DNA of 64,000 nt from Nemertoderma westbladi (taxonomy: Eukaryota; Animalia; Xenacoelomorpha), in NCBI GenBank assembly GCA_032718475.1, contig JAUCBJ010003043.1, forward strand, positions 1 through 64,000, given 5' to 3'. A model generated the notes under the pieces. It worked only from the letters and a program-made list of their open reading frames with translations, did not search any database and was not told where the DNA came from. Made by a program: the position numbers and the translations under genes. Of this stretch, positions 9,001 to 23,200 are shown piece by piece. Numbering within the stretch: the stretch's first letter is position 1; each line of letters begins with the position of its first letter.

Positions 9001-12000
9001 AGGGAAAGATCGTAGAGGCATTCATAGTAAATGTATGGAGTAGGGACGGAACGTAGAGGCATTCATAGTAAATGTATGGAGTAGGGACGGAACGTAGAGG
9101 CATTCATAGTAAATGTATGGAGAAGGGAAAGATCGTAGAGGCATTCATAGTAAATGTATGGAGAAGGGAAAGAACGTAGAGGCATTCATAGTAAATGTAT
9201 GGAGTAGGGAGAGAACGTAGAGGCATTCATAGTAAATGTATGGAGGAGGGAATGAAGAACGTAGAGGCATTCATAGTAAATGTATGGAGGAGGGAATGAA
9301 GAACGTAGAGGCATTCATAGTAAATGTATGGAGGAGGGAATGAAGAACGTAGAGGCATTCATAGTAAATGTATGGAGAAGGGAAAGATCGTAGAGGCATT
9401 CATAGTAAATGTATGGAGGAGGGAATGAAGAACGTAGAGGCATTCATAGTAAATGTATGGAGTAGGGAAAGAACGTAGAGGCATTCATAGTAAATGTATG
9501 GAGGAGGGAAAGAACGTAGAGGCATTCATAGTAAATGTATGGAGTAGGGAGAGATCGTAGAGGCATTCATAGTAAATGTATGGAGGAGGGAGAGAACGTA
9601 GAGGCATTCATAGTAAATGTATGGAGTAGGGAATGAACGTAGAGGCATTCATAGTAAATGTATGGAGGAGGGAAAGAACGTAGAGGCATTCATAGTAAAT
9701 GTATGGAGGAGGGAATGAAGAACGTAGAGGCATTCATAGTAAATGTATGGAGGAGGGAATGAAGAACGTAGAGGCATTCATAGTAAATGTATGGAGGAGG
9801 GAATGAACGTAGAGGCATTCATAGTAAATGTATGGAGGAGGGAATGAACGTAGAGGCATTCATAGTAAATGTATGGAGGAGGGAATGAAGAACGTAGAGG
9901 CATTCATAGTAAATGTATGGAGGAGGGAATGAAGATCGTAGAGGCATTCATAGTAAATGTATGGAGGAGGGAAAGAACGTAGAGGCATTCATAGTAAATG
10001 TATGGAGGAGGGAAAGAACGTAGAGGCATTCATAGTAAATGTATGGAGGAGGGAATGAACGTAGAGGCATTCATAGTAAATGTATGGAGGAGGGAATGGA
10101 ACGTAGAGGCATTCATAGTAAATGTATGGAGGAGGGAATGAAGAACGTAGAGGCATTCATAGTAAATGTATGGAGTAGGGAAAGAACGTAGAGGCATTCA
10201 TAGTAAATGTATGGAGGAGGGAAAGAACGTAGAGGCATTCATAGTAAATGTATGGAGGAGGGAAGGAACGTAGAGGCATTCATAGTAAATGTATGGAGAA
10301 GGGAAAGATCGTAGAGGCATTCATAGTAAATGTATGGAGGAGGGAATGAAGAACGTAGAGGCATTCATAGTAAATGTATGGAGTAGGGAAAGAACGTAGA
10401 GGCATTCATAGTAAATGTATGGAGGAGGGAAAGAACGTAGAGGCATTCATAGTAAATGTATGGAGGAGGGAAAGAACGTAGAGGCATTCATAGTAAATGT
10501 ATGGAGGAGGGAAAGATCGTAGAGGCATTCATAGTAAATGTATGGAGTAGGGAAAGATCGTAGAGGCATTCATAGTAAATGTATGGAGGAGGGAAAGAAC
10601 GTAGAGGCATTCATAGTAAATGTATGGAGTAGGGAAAGAACGTAGAGGCATTCATAGTAAATGTATGGAGTAGGGAATGAAGAACGTAGAGGCATTCATA
10701 GTAAATGTATGGAGGAGGGAAAGATCGTAGAGGCATTCATAGTAAATGTATGGAGTAGGGAAAGATCGTAGAGGCATTCATAGTAAATGTATGGAGTAGG
10801 GAAAGAACGTAGAGGCATTCATAGTAAATGTATGGAGTAGGGAAAGATCGTAGAGGCATTCATAGTAAATGTATGGAGTAGGGAAAGAACGTAGAGGCAT
10901 TCATAGTAAATGTATGGAGTAGGGAATGAAGAACGTAGAGGCATTCATAGTAAATGTATGGAGGAGGGAAAGAACGTAGAGGCATTCATAGTAAATGTAT
11001 GGAGTAGGGAAAGATCGTAGAGGCATTCATAGTAAATGTATGGAGTAGGGAAAGAACGTAGAGGCATTCATAGTAAATGTATGGAGTAGGGAATGAAGAA
11101 CGTAGAGGCATTCATAGTAAATGTATGGAGGAGGGAAAGATCGTAGAGGCATTCATAGTAAATGTATGGAGGAGGGAATGAAGAACGTAGAGGCATTCAT
11201 AGTAAATGTATGGAGTAGGGAAAGAAGAACGTAGAGGCATTCATAGTAAATGTATGGAGTAGGGAAAGAACGTAGAGGCATTCATAGTAAATGTATGGAG
11301 TAGGGAAAGAACGTAGAGGCATTCATAGTAAATGTATGGAGGAGGGACGGAACGTAGAGGCATTCATAGTAAATGTATGGAGTAGGGAAAGAACGTAGAG
11401 GCATTCATAGTAAATGTATGGAGTAGGGAAAGAACGTAGAGGCATTCATAGTAAATGTATGGAGTAGGGAAAGAACGTAGAGGCATTCATAGTAAATGTA
11501 TGGAGTAGGGAAAGAACGTAGAGGCATTCATAGTAAATGTATGGAGTAGGGAAAGAACGTAGAGGCATTCATAGTAAATGTATGGAGTAGGGAAAGAACG
11601 TAGAGGCATTCATAGTAAATGTATGGAGTAGGGAAAGAACGTAGAGGCATTCATAGTAAATGTATGGAGTAGGGAAAGAACGTAGAGGCATTCATAGTAA
11701 ATGTATGGAGTAGGGAAAGAACGTAGAGGCATTCATAGTAAATGTATGGAGTAGGGAAAGAACGTAGAGGCATTCATAGTAAATGTATGGAGTAGGGAAA
11801 GAACGTAGAGGCATTCATAGTAAATGTATGGAGTAGGGAAAGAACGTAGAGGCATTCATAGTAAATGTATGGAGTAGGGAGAGAACGTAGAGGCATTCAT
11901 AGTAAATGTATGGAAGGAGGGAAAGAACGTAGAGGCATTCATAGTAAATGTATGGAGTAGGGAAAGAAGAACGTAGAGGCATTCATAGTAAATGTATGGA

Positions 12001-15000
12001 GTAGGGAGAAGAACGTAGAGGCATTCATAGTAAATGTATGGAGGAGGGAAAGAACGTAGAGGCATTCATAGTAAATGTATGGAGTAGGGAAAGAACGTAG
12101 AGGCATTCATAGTAAATGTATGGAGGAGGGAAAGAGAACGTAGAGGCATTCATAGTAAATGTATGGAGTAGGGAGAGAACGTAGAGGCATTCATAGTAAA
12201 TGTATGGAGGAGGGACGGAACGTAGAGGCATTCATAGTAAATGTATGGAGTAGGGAAAGAACGTAGAGGCATTCATAGTAAATGTATGGAGGAGGGAAAG
12301 AACGTAGAGGCATTCATAGTAAATGTATGGAGGAGGGAAAGAACGTAGAGGCATTCATAGTAAATGTATGGAGGAGGGAAAGAACGTAGAGGCATTCATA
12401 GTAAATGTATGGAGTAGGGAAGAGAACGTAGAGGCATTCATAGTAAATGTATGGAGTAGGGAAGAGAACGTAGAGGCATTCATAGTAAATGTATGGAGGA
12501 GGGAAGGAACGTAGAGGCATTCATAGTAAATGTATGGAGTAGGGAAAGAACGTAGAGGCATTCATAGTAAATGTATGGAGGAGGGAAAGAAGAACGTAGA
12601 GGCATTCATAGTAAATGTATGGAGTAGGGAGAGAACGTAGAGGCATTCATAGTAAATGTATGGAGGAGGGACGGAACGTAGAGGCATTCATAGTAAATGT
12701 ATGGAGTAGGGAAAGAAGAACGTAGAGGCATTCATAGTAAATGTATGGAGTAGGGAAAGAAGAACGTAGAGGCATTCATAGTAAATGTATGGAGTAGGGA
12801 AAGAAGAACGTAGAGGCATTCATAGTAAATGTATGGAGTAGGGAGAGAACGTAGAGGCATTCATAGTAAATGTATGGAGGAGGGACGGAACGTAGAGGCA
12901 TTCATAGTAAATGTATGGAGTAGGGAAAGAAGAACGTAGAGGCATTCATAGTAAATGTATGGAGTAGGGAAAGAAGAACGTAGAGGCATTCATAGTAAAT
13001 GTATGGAGTAGGGAAAGAAGAACGTAGAGGCATTCATAGTAAATGTATGGAGTAGGGAAAGAAGAACGTAGAGGCATTCATAGTAAATGTATGGAGTAGG
13101 GAGAGAACGTAGAGGCATTCATAGTAAATGTATGGAGGAGGGACGGAACGTAGAGGCATTCATAGTAAATGTATGGAGTAGGGAAAGAAGAACGTAGAGG
13201 CATTCATAGTAAATGTATGGAGTAGGGAGAGAACGTAGAGGCATTCATAGTAAATGTATGGAGTAGGGAAAGAACGTAGAGGCATTCATAGTAAATGTAT
13301 GGAGTAGGGAAAGAACGTAGAGGCATTCATAGTAAATGTATGGAGGAGGGACGGAACGTAGAGGCATTCATAGTAAATGTATGGAGTAGGGAAAGAAGAA
13401 CGTAGAGGCATTCATAGTAAATGTATGGAGTAGGGAAAGAACGTAGAGGCATTCATAGTAAATGTATGGAGGAGGGAAAGAACGTAGAGGCATTCATAGT
13501 AAATGTATGGAGGAGGGACGGAACGTAGAGGCATTCATAGTAAATGTATGGAGTAGGGAAAGAAGAACGTAGAGGCATTCATAGTAAATGTATGGAGTAG
13601 GGAAAGAACGTAGAGGCATTCATAGTAAATGTATGGAGGAGGGAAAGATCGTAGAGGCATTCATAGTAAATGTATGGAGGAGGGAAAGAAGAACGTAGAG
13701 GCATTCATAGTAAATGTATGGAGTAGGGAAAGAACGTAGAGGCATTCATAGTAAATGTATGGAGGAGGGAAAGATCGTAGAGGCATTCATAGTAAATGTA
13801 TGGAGTAGGGAAAGAACGTAGAGGCATTCATAGTAAATGTATGGAGGAGGGAAAGATCGTAGAGGCATTCATAGTAAATGTATGGAGTAGGGAAAGAAGA
13901 ACGTAGAGGCATTCATAGTAAATGTATGGAGTAGGGAAAGAACGTAGAGGCATTCATAGTAAATGTATGGAGGAGGGAAAGATCGTAGAGGCATTCATAG
14001 TAAATGTATGGAGTAGGGAAAGAACGTAGAGGCATTCATAGTAAATGTATGGAGGAGGGAAAGATCGTAGAGGCATTCATAGTAAATGTATGGAGGAGGG
14101 AAAGAAGAACGTAGAGGCATTCATAGTAAATGTATGGAGTAGGGAAAGAACGTAGAGGCATTCATAGTAAATGTATGGAGGAGGGAAAGATCGTAGAGGC
14201 ATTCATAGTAAATGTATGGAGTAGGGAAAGAACGTAGAGGCATTCATAGTAAATGTATGGAGGAGGGAAAGATCGTAGAGGCATTCATAGTAAATGTATG
14301 GAGTAGGGAAAGAACGTAGAGGCATTCATAGTAAATGTATGGAGGAGGGAAAGATCGTAGAGGCATTCATAGTAAATGTATGGAGTAGGGAAAGAAGAAC
14401 GTAGAGGCATTCATAGTAAATGTATGGAGTAGGGAAAGAAGAACGTAGAGGCATTCATAGTAAATGTATGGAGTAGGGAAAGAACGTAGAGGCATTCATA
14501 GTAAATGTATGGAGGAGGGAAAGATCGTAGAGGCATTCATAGTAAATGTATGGAGGAGGGAAAGAAGAACGTAGAGGCATTCATAGTAAATGTATGGAGT
14601 AGGGAAAGAACGTAGAGGCATTCATAGTAAATGTATGGAGGAGGGAAAGATCGTAGAGGCATTCATAGTAAATGTATGGAGGAGGGAAAGAAGAACGTAG
14701 AGGCATTCATAGTAAATGTATGGAGTAGGGAAAGAACGTAGAGGCATTCATAGTAAATGTATGGAGGAGGGAAAGATCGTAGAGGCATTCATAGTAAATG
14801 TATGGAGTAGGGAAAGAACGTAGAGGCATTCATAGTAAATGTATGGAGGAGGGAAAGATCGTAGAGGCATTCATAGTAAATGTATGGAGGAGGGAAAGAA
14901 GAACGTAGAGGCATTCATAGTAAATGTATGGAGTAGGGAAAGAACGTAGAGGCATTCATAGTAAATGTATGGAGGAGGGAAAGATCGTAGAGGCATTCAT

Positions 15001-17269
15001 AGTAAATGTATGGAGTAGGGAAAGAACGTAGAGGCATTCATAGTAAATGTATGGAGGAGGGAAAGATCGTAGAGGCATTCATAGTAAATGTATGGAGGAG
15101 GGAATGAAGAACGTAGAGGCATTCATAGTAAATGTATGGAGTAGGGAAAGAACGTAGAGGCATTCATAGTAAATGTATGGAGGAGGGAAAGATCGTAGAG
15201 GCATTCATAGTAAATGTATGGAGGAGGGAATGAAGAACGTAGAGGCATTCATAGTAAATGTATGGAGTAGGGAAAGAAGAACGTAGAGGCATTCATAGTA
15301 AATGTATGGAGTAGGGAAAGATCGTAGAGGCATTCATAGTAAATGTATGGAGTAGGGAAAGAACGTAGAGGCATTCATAGTAAATGTATGGAGGAGGGAA
15401 AGATCGTAGAGGCATTCATAGTAAATGTATGGAGGAGGGAATGAAGAACGTAGAGGCATTCATAGTAAATGTATGGAGTAGGGAAAGAAGAACGTAGAGG
15501 CATTCATAGTAAATGTATGGAGTAGGGAAAGATCGTAGAGGCATTCATAGTAAATGTATGGAGGAGGGAAAGAACGTAGAGGCATTCATAGTAAATGTAT
15601 GGAGGAGGGAAAGAACGTAGAGGCATTCATAGTAAATGTATGGAGGAGGGAAAGAACGTAGAGGCATTCATAGTAAATGTATGGAGAAGGGAAAGATCGT
15701 AGAGGCATTCATAGTAAATGTATGGAGGAGGGAATGAAGAACGTAGAGGCATTCATAGTAAATGTATGGAGTAGGGAAAGAACGTAGAGGCATTCATAGT
15801 AAATGTATGGAGGAGGGAAAGAACGTAGAGGCATTCATAGTAAATGTATGGAGGAGGGAAAGAACGTAGAGGCATTCATAGTAAATGTATGGAGGAGGGA
15901 AAGATCGTAGAGGCATTCATAGTAAATGTATGGAGGAGGGAATGAAGAACGTAGAGGCATTCATAGTAAATGTATGGAGTAGGGAAAGAACGTAGAGGCA
16001 TTCATAGTAAATGTATGGAGTAGGGAAAGATCGTAGAGGCATTCATAGTAAATGTATGGAGGAGGGAAAGAACGTAGAGGCATTCATAGTAAATGTATGT
16101 AGGAGGGAAAGATCGTAGAGGCATTCATAGTAAATGTATGGAGTAGGGAAAGAACGTAGAGGCATTCATAGTAAATGTATGGAGTAGGGAATGAAGAACG
16201 TAGAGGCATTCATAGTAAATGTATGGAGTAGGGAAAGAACGTAGAGGCATTCATAGTAAATGTATGGAGGAGGGACGGAACGTAGAGGCATTCATAGTAA
16301 ATGTATGGAGTAGGGAAAGAAGAACGTAGAGGCATTCATAGTAAATGTATGGAGTAGGGAAAGATCGTAGAGGCATTCATAGTAAATGTATGGAGGAGGG
16401 AATGAAGAACGTAGAGGCATTCATAGTAAATGTATGGAGTAGGGAAAGAAGAACGTAGAGGCATTCATAGTAAATGTATGGAGTAGGGAAAGATCGTAGA
16501 GGCATTCATAGTAAATGTATGGAGGAGGGAATGAAGAACGTAGAGGCATTCATAGTAAATGTATGGAGTAGGGAAAGATCGTAGAGGCATTCATAGTAAA
16601 TGTATGGAGTAGGGAAAGATCGTAGAGGCATTCATAGTAAATGTATGGAGTAGGGAAAGATCGTAGAGGCATTCATAGTAAATGTATGGAGGAGGGAATG
16701 AAGAACGTAGAGGCATTCATAGTAAATGTATGGAGTAGGGAAAGAAGAACGTAGAGGCATTCATAGTAAATGTATGTAGGAAAGAACGTAGAGGCATTCA
16801 TAGTAAATGTATGGAGGAGGGAAAGATCGTAGAGGCATTCATAGTAAATGTATGGAGGAGGGAATGAAGAACGTAGAGGCATTCATAGTAAATGTATGGA
16901 GTAGGGAAAGAAGAACGTAGAGGCATTCATAGTAAATGTATGGAGTAGGGAAAGATCGTAGAGGCATTCATAGTAAATGTATGGAGGAGGGAAAGAACGT
17001 AGAGGCATTCATAGTAAATGTATGGAGGAGGGAATGAAGAACGTAGAGGCATTCATAGTAAATGTATGGAGGAGGGAAAGAACGTAGAGGCATTCATAGT
17101 AAATGTATGGAGTAGGGAAAGAAGAACGTAGAGGCATTCATAGTAAATGTATGGAGTAGGGAAAGAACGTAGAGGCATTCATAGTAAATGTATGGAGGAG
17201 GGAAAGATCGTAGAGGCATTCATAGTAAATGTATGGAGGAGGGAATGAAGAACGTAGAGGCATTCATAG

Positions 17270-20200
17270 TAAATGTATGGAGTAGGGAAAGAAGAACGTA
17301 GAGGCATTCATAGTAAATGTATGGAGTAGGGAAAGATCGTAGAGGCATTCATAGTAAATGTATGGAGGAGGGAAAGAACGTAGAGGCATTCATAGTAAAT
17401 GTATGGAGGAGGGAATGAAGAACGTAGAGGCATTCATAGTAAATGTATGGAGGAGGGAAAGATCGTAGAGGCATTCATAGTAAATGTATGGAGGAGGGAA
17501 TGAAGAACGTAGAGGCATTCATAGTAAATGTATGGAGTAGGGAAAGATCGTAGAGGCATTCATAGTAAATGTATGGAGGAGGGAGAGAACGTAGAGGCAT
17601 TCATAGTAAATGTATGGAGTAGGGAGAGAACGTAGAGGCATTCATAGTAAATGTATGGAGGAGGGAATGAAGAACGTAGAGGCATTCATAGTAAATGTAT
17701 GGAGGAGGGAAAGATCGTAGAGGCATTCATAGTAAATGTATGGAGGAGGGAATGAAGAACGTAGAGGCATTCATAGTAAATGTATGGAGTAGGGAAAGAA
17801 CGTAGAGGCATTCATAGTAAATGTATGGAGGAGGGAATGAAGAACGTAGAGGCATTCATAGTAAATGTATGGAGGAGGGAAAGATCGTAGAGGCATTCAT
17901 AGTAAATGTATGGAGGAGGGAATGAAGAACGTAGAGGCATTCATAGTAAATGTATGGAGTAGGGAAAGAACGTAGAGGCATTCATAGTAAATGTATGGAG
18001 GAGGGAAAGATCGTAGAGGCATTCATAGTAAATGTATGGAGGAGGGAATGAAGAACGTAGAGGCATTCATAGTAAATGTATGGAGTAGGGAAAGAACGTA
18101 GAGGCATTCATAGTAAATGTATGGAGTAGGGAAAGATCGTAGAGGCATTCATAGTAAATGTATGGAGGAGGGAAAGAACGTAGAGGCATTCATAGTAAAT
18201 GTATGGAGTAGGGAAAGATCGTAGAGGCATTCATAGTAAATGTATGGAGTAGGGAAAGAACGTAGAGGCATTCATAGTAAATGTATGGAGTAGGGAAAGA
18301 ACGTAGAGGAATTCATAGTAAATGTATGGAGTAGGGAAAGAACGTAGAGGAATTCATAGTAAATGTATGGAGTAGGGAAAGAACGTAGAGGAATTCATAG
18401 TAAATGTATGGAGGAGGGAAAGAACGTAGAGGCATTCATAGTAAATGTATGGAGTAGGGAAAGAACGTAGAGGAATTCATAGTAAATGTATGGAGGAGGG
18501 AAAGAACGTAGAGGCATTCATAGTAAATGTATGGAGGAGGGAATGAAGAACGTAGAGGCATTCATAGTAAATGTATGGAGGAGGGAAAGATCGTAGAGGC
18601 ATTCATAGTAAATGTATGGAGGAGGGAAAGAACGTAGAGGCATTCATAGTAAATGTATGGAGTAGGGAAAGAACGTAGAGGCATTCATAGTAAATGTATG
18701 GAGTAGGGAAAGAACGTAGAGGAATTCATAGTAAATGTATGGAGTAGGGAAAGAAGAACGTAGAGGAATTCATAGAAAATGTATGGAGTAGGGAAAGAAG
18801 AACGTAGAGGCATTCATAGTAAATGTATGGAGGAGGGAAAGATCGTAGAGGCATTCATAGTAAATGTATGGAGGAGGGAAAGAACGTAGAGGCATTCATA
18901 GTAAATGTATGGAGTAGGGAATGAAGAACGTAGAGGCATTCATAGTAAATGTATGGAGTAGGGAAAGAACGTAGAGGCATTCATAGTAAATGTATGGAGT
19001 AGGGAAAGAACGTAGAGGCATTCATAGTAAATGTATGGAGTAGGGAAAGAACGTAGAGGAATTCATAGTAAATGTATGGAGGAGGGAATGAAGAACGTAG
19101 AGGCATTCATAGTAAATGTATGGAGGAGGGAAAGATCGTAGAGGCATTCATAGTAAATGTATGGAGGAGGGAAAGAACGTAGAGGCATTCATAGTAAATG
19201 TATGGAGGAGGGAAAGAACGTAGAGGAATTCATAGTAAATGTATGGAGTAGGGAAAGAACGTAGAGGCATTCATAGTAAATGTATGGAGTAGGGAAAGAA
19301 CGTAGAGGCATTCATAGTAAATGTATGGAGTAGGGAAAGAACGTAGAGGCATTCATAGTAAATGTATGGAGGAGGGAAAGATCGTAGAGGCATTCATAGT
19401 AAATGTATGGAGGAGGGAAAGAACGTAGAGGCATTCATAGTAAATGTATGGAGTAGGGAAAGAACGTAGAGGCATTCATAGTAAATGTATGGAGTAGGGA
19501 AAGAACGTAGAGGAATTCATAGTAAATGTATGGAGGAGGGAATGAAGAACGTAGAGGCATTCATAGTAAATGTATGGAGGAGGGAAAGATCGTAGAGGCA
19601 TTCATAGTAAATGTATGGAGTAGGGAAAGAACGTAGAGGCATTCATAGTAAATGTATGGAGTAGGGAAAGAACGTAGAGGCATTCATAGTAAATGTATGG
19701 AGGAGGGAAAGATCGTAGAGGCATTCATAGTAAATGTATGGAGGAGGGAAAGAACGTAGAGGCATTCATAGTAAATGTATGGAGTAGGGAAAGAACGTAG
19801 AGGCATTCATAGTAAATGTATGGAGTAGGGAAAGAACGTAGAGGAATTCATAGTAAATGTATGGAGGAGGGAATGAAGAACGTAGAGGCATTCATAGTAA
19901 ATGTATGGAGGAGGGAAAGATCGTAGAGGCATTCATAGTAAATGTATGGAGGAGGGAAAGAACGTAGAGGCATTCATAGTAAATGTATGGAGGAGGGAAA
20001 GAACGTAGAGGCATTCATAGTAAATGTATGGAGTAGGGAAAGAACGTAGAGGCATTCATAGTAAATGTATGGAGTAGGGAAAGAACGTAGAGGAATTCAT
20101 AGTAAATGTATGGAGTAGGGAAAGAAGAACGTAGAGGAATTCATAGAAAATGTATGGAGTAGGGAAAGAAGAACGTAGAGGCATTCATAGTAAATGTATG

Positions 20201-23200
20201 GAGGAGGGAAAGATCGTAGAGGCATTCATAGTAAATGTATGGAGGAGGGAAAGAACGTAGAGGCATTCATAGTAAATGTATGGAGTAGGGAAAGAACGTA
20301 GAGGCATTCATAGTAAATGTATGGAGTAGGGAAAGAACGTAGAGGAATTCATAGTAAATGTATGGAGTAGGGAAAGAAGAACGTAGAGGAATTCATAGAA
20401 AATGTATGGAGTAGGGAAAGAAGAACGTAGAGGCATTCATAGTAAATGTATGAAGGAGGGAAAGAAGAACGTAGAGGCATTCATAGTAAATGTATGGAGG
20501 AGGGAATGAAGAACGTAGAGGCATTCATAGTAAATGTATGGAGTAGGGAAAGAAGAACGTAGAGGCATTCATAGTAAATGTATGAAGGAAGGAACGTAGA
20601 GGCATTCATAGTAAATGTATGGAGGAGGGAAAGAACGTAGAGGCATTCATAGTAAATGTATGGAGGAGGGAATGAAGAACGTAGAGGCATTCATAGTAAA
20701 TGTATGGAGTAGGGAAAGAACGTAGAGGCATTCATAGTAAATGTATGGAGGAGGGAAAGAAGAACGTAGAGGCATTCATAGTAAATGTATGGAGTAGGGA
20801 AAGAACGTAGAGGCATTCATAGTAAATGTATGGAGGAGGGAAAGATCGTAGAGGCATTCATAGTAAATGTATGGAGGAGGGAATGAAGAACGTAGAGGCA
20901 TTCATAGTAAATGTATGGAGTAGGGAAAGAACGTAGAGGCATTCATAGTAAATGTATGGAGTAGGGAAAGAACGTAGAGGCATTCATAGTAAATGTATGG
21001 AGGAGGGAAAGAACGTAGAGGCATTCATAGTAAATGTATGGAGGAGGGAAAGAACGTAGAGGCATTCATAGTAAATGTATGGAGGAGGGAAAGATCGTAG
21101 AGGCATTCATAGTAAATGTATGGAGGAGGGAATGAAGAACGTAGAGGCATTCATAGTAAATGTATGGAGTAGGGAAAGAACGTAGAGGCATTCATAGTAA
21201 ATGTATGGAGTAGGGAAAGAACGTAGAGGCATTCATAGTAAATGTATGGAGGAGGGAAAGAACGTAGAGGCATTCATAGTAAATGTATGGAGGAGGGAAA
21301 GATCGTAGAGGCATTCATAGTAAATGTATGGAGGAGGGAATGAAGAACGTAGAGGCATTCATAGTAAATGTATGGAGTAGGGAAAGAAGAACGTAGAGGC
21401 ATTCATAGTAAATGTATGAAGGAAGGAACGTAGAGGCATTCATAGTAAATGTATGGAGGAGGGAAAGATCGTAGAGGCATTCATAGTAAATGTATGGAGG
21501 AGGGAAAGAACGTAGAGGCATTCATAGTAAATGTATGGAGTAGGGAAAGAACGTAGAGGTATTCATAGTAAATGTATGGAGTAGGGAAAGAACGTAGAGG
21601 CATTCATAGTAAATGTATGGAGGAGGGAGAGAACGTAGAGGCATTCATAGTAAATGAGTAGGGAAAGAACGTAGAGGCATTCATAGTAAATGTATGGAGT
21701 AGGGAATGAAGATCGTAGAGGCATTCATAGTAAATGTATGGAGGAGGGAATGAAGAACGTAGAGGCATTCATAGTAAATGTATGGAGGAGGGAATGAAGA
21801 ACGTAGAGGCATTCATAGTAAATGTATGGAGTAGGGAAAGAAGAACGTAGAGGCATTCATAGTAAATGTATGGAGGAGGGAAAGAAGAACGTAGAGGCAT
21901 TCATAGTAAATGAGTAGGGAAAGAACGTAGAGGCATTCATAGTAAATGTATGGAGTAGGGAATGAAGATCGTAGAGGCATTCATAGTAAATGTATGGAGG
22001 AGGGAATGAAGAACGTAGAGGCATTCATAGTAAATGTATGGAGGAGGGAATGAAGAACGTAGAGGCATTCATAGTAAATGTATGGAGGAGGGAATGAAGA
22101 ACGTAGAGGCATTCATAGTAAATGTATGGAGTAGGGAAAGAAGAACGTAGAGGCATTCATAGTAAATGTATGGAGGAGGGAAAGAAGAACGTAGAGGCAT
22201 TCATAGTAAATGTATGTAGGAGGGAATGAAGATCGTAGAGGCATTCATAGTAAATGTATGGAGGAGGGAATGAAGAACGTAGAGGCATTCATAGTAAATG
22301 TATGGAGTAGGGAAAGAAGAACGTAGAGGCATTCATAGTAAATGTATGGAGTAGGGAAAGAACGTAGAGGCATTCATAGTAAATGTATGTAGGAGGGAAT
22401 GAAGATCGTAGAGGCATTCATAGTAAATGTATGGAGGAGGGAATGAAGAACGTAGAGGCATTCATAGTAAATGTATGGAGGAGGGAAAGAAGAACGTAGA
22501 GGCATTCATAGTAAATGTATGGAGGAGGGAATGAAGAACGTAGAGGCATTCATAGTAAATGTATGTAGGAGGGAATGAAGATCGTAGAGGCATTCATAGT
22601 AAATGTATGGAGGAGGGAATGAAGAACGTAGAGGCATTCATAGTAAATGTATGTAGGAGGGAATGAAGATCGTAGAGGCATTCATAGTAAATGTATGAAG
22701 GAGGGAATGAAGATCGTAGAGGCATTCATAGTAAATGTATGGAGTAGGGAAAGAACGTAGAGGCATTCATAGTAAATGTATGGAGGAGGGAAAGAAGAAC
22801 GTAGAGGCATTCATAGTAAATGTATGGAGTAGGGAAAGAAGAACGTAGAGGCATTCATAGTAAATGTATGGAGTAGGGAAAGAACGTAGAGGCATTCATA
22901 GTAAATGTATGTAGGAGGGAATGAAGATCGTAGAGGCATTCATAGTAAATGTATGGAGGAGGGAATGAAGAACGTAGAGGCATTCATAGTAAATGTATGG
23001 AGGAGGGAAAGAAGAACGTAGAGGCATTCATAGTAAATGTATGGAGGAGGGAATGAAGAACGTAGAGGCATTCATAGTAAATGTATGGAGGAGGGAATGA
23101 AGATCGTAGAGGCATTCATAGTAAATGTATGGAGGAGGGAATGAAGAACGTAGAGGCATTCATAGTAAATGTATGGAGGAGGGAAAGAAGAACGTAGAGG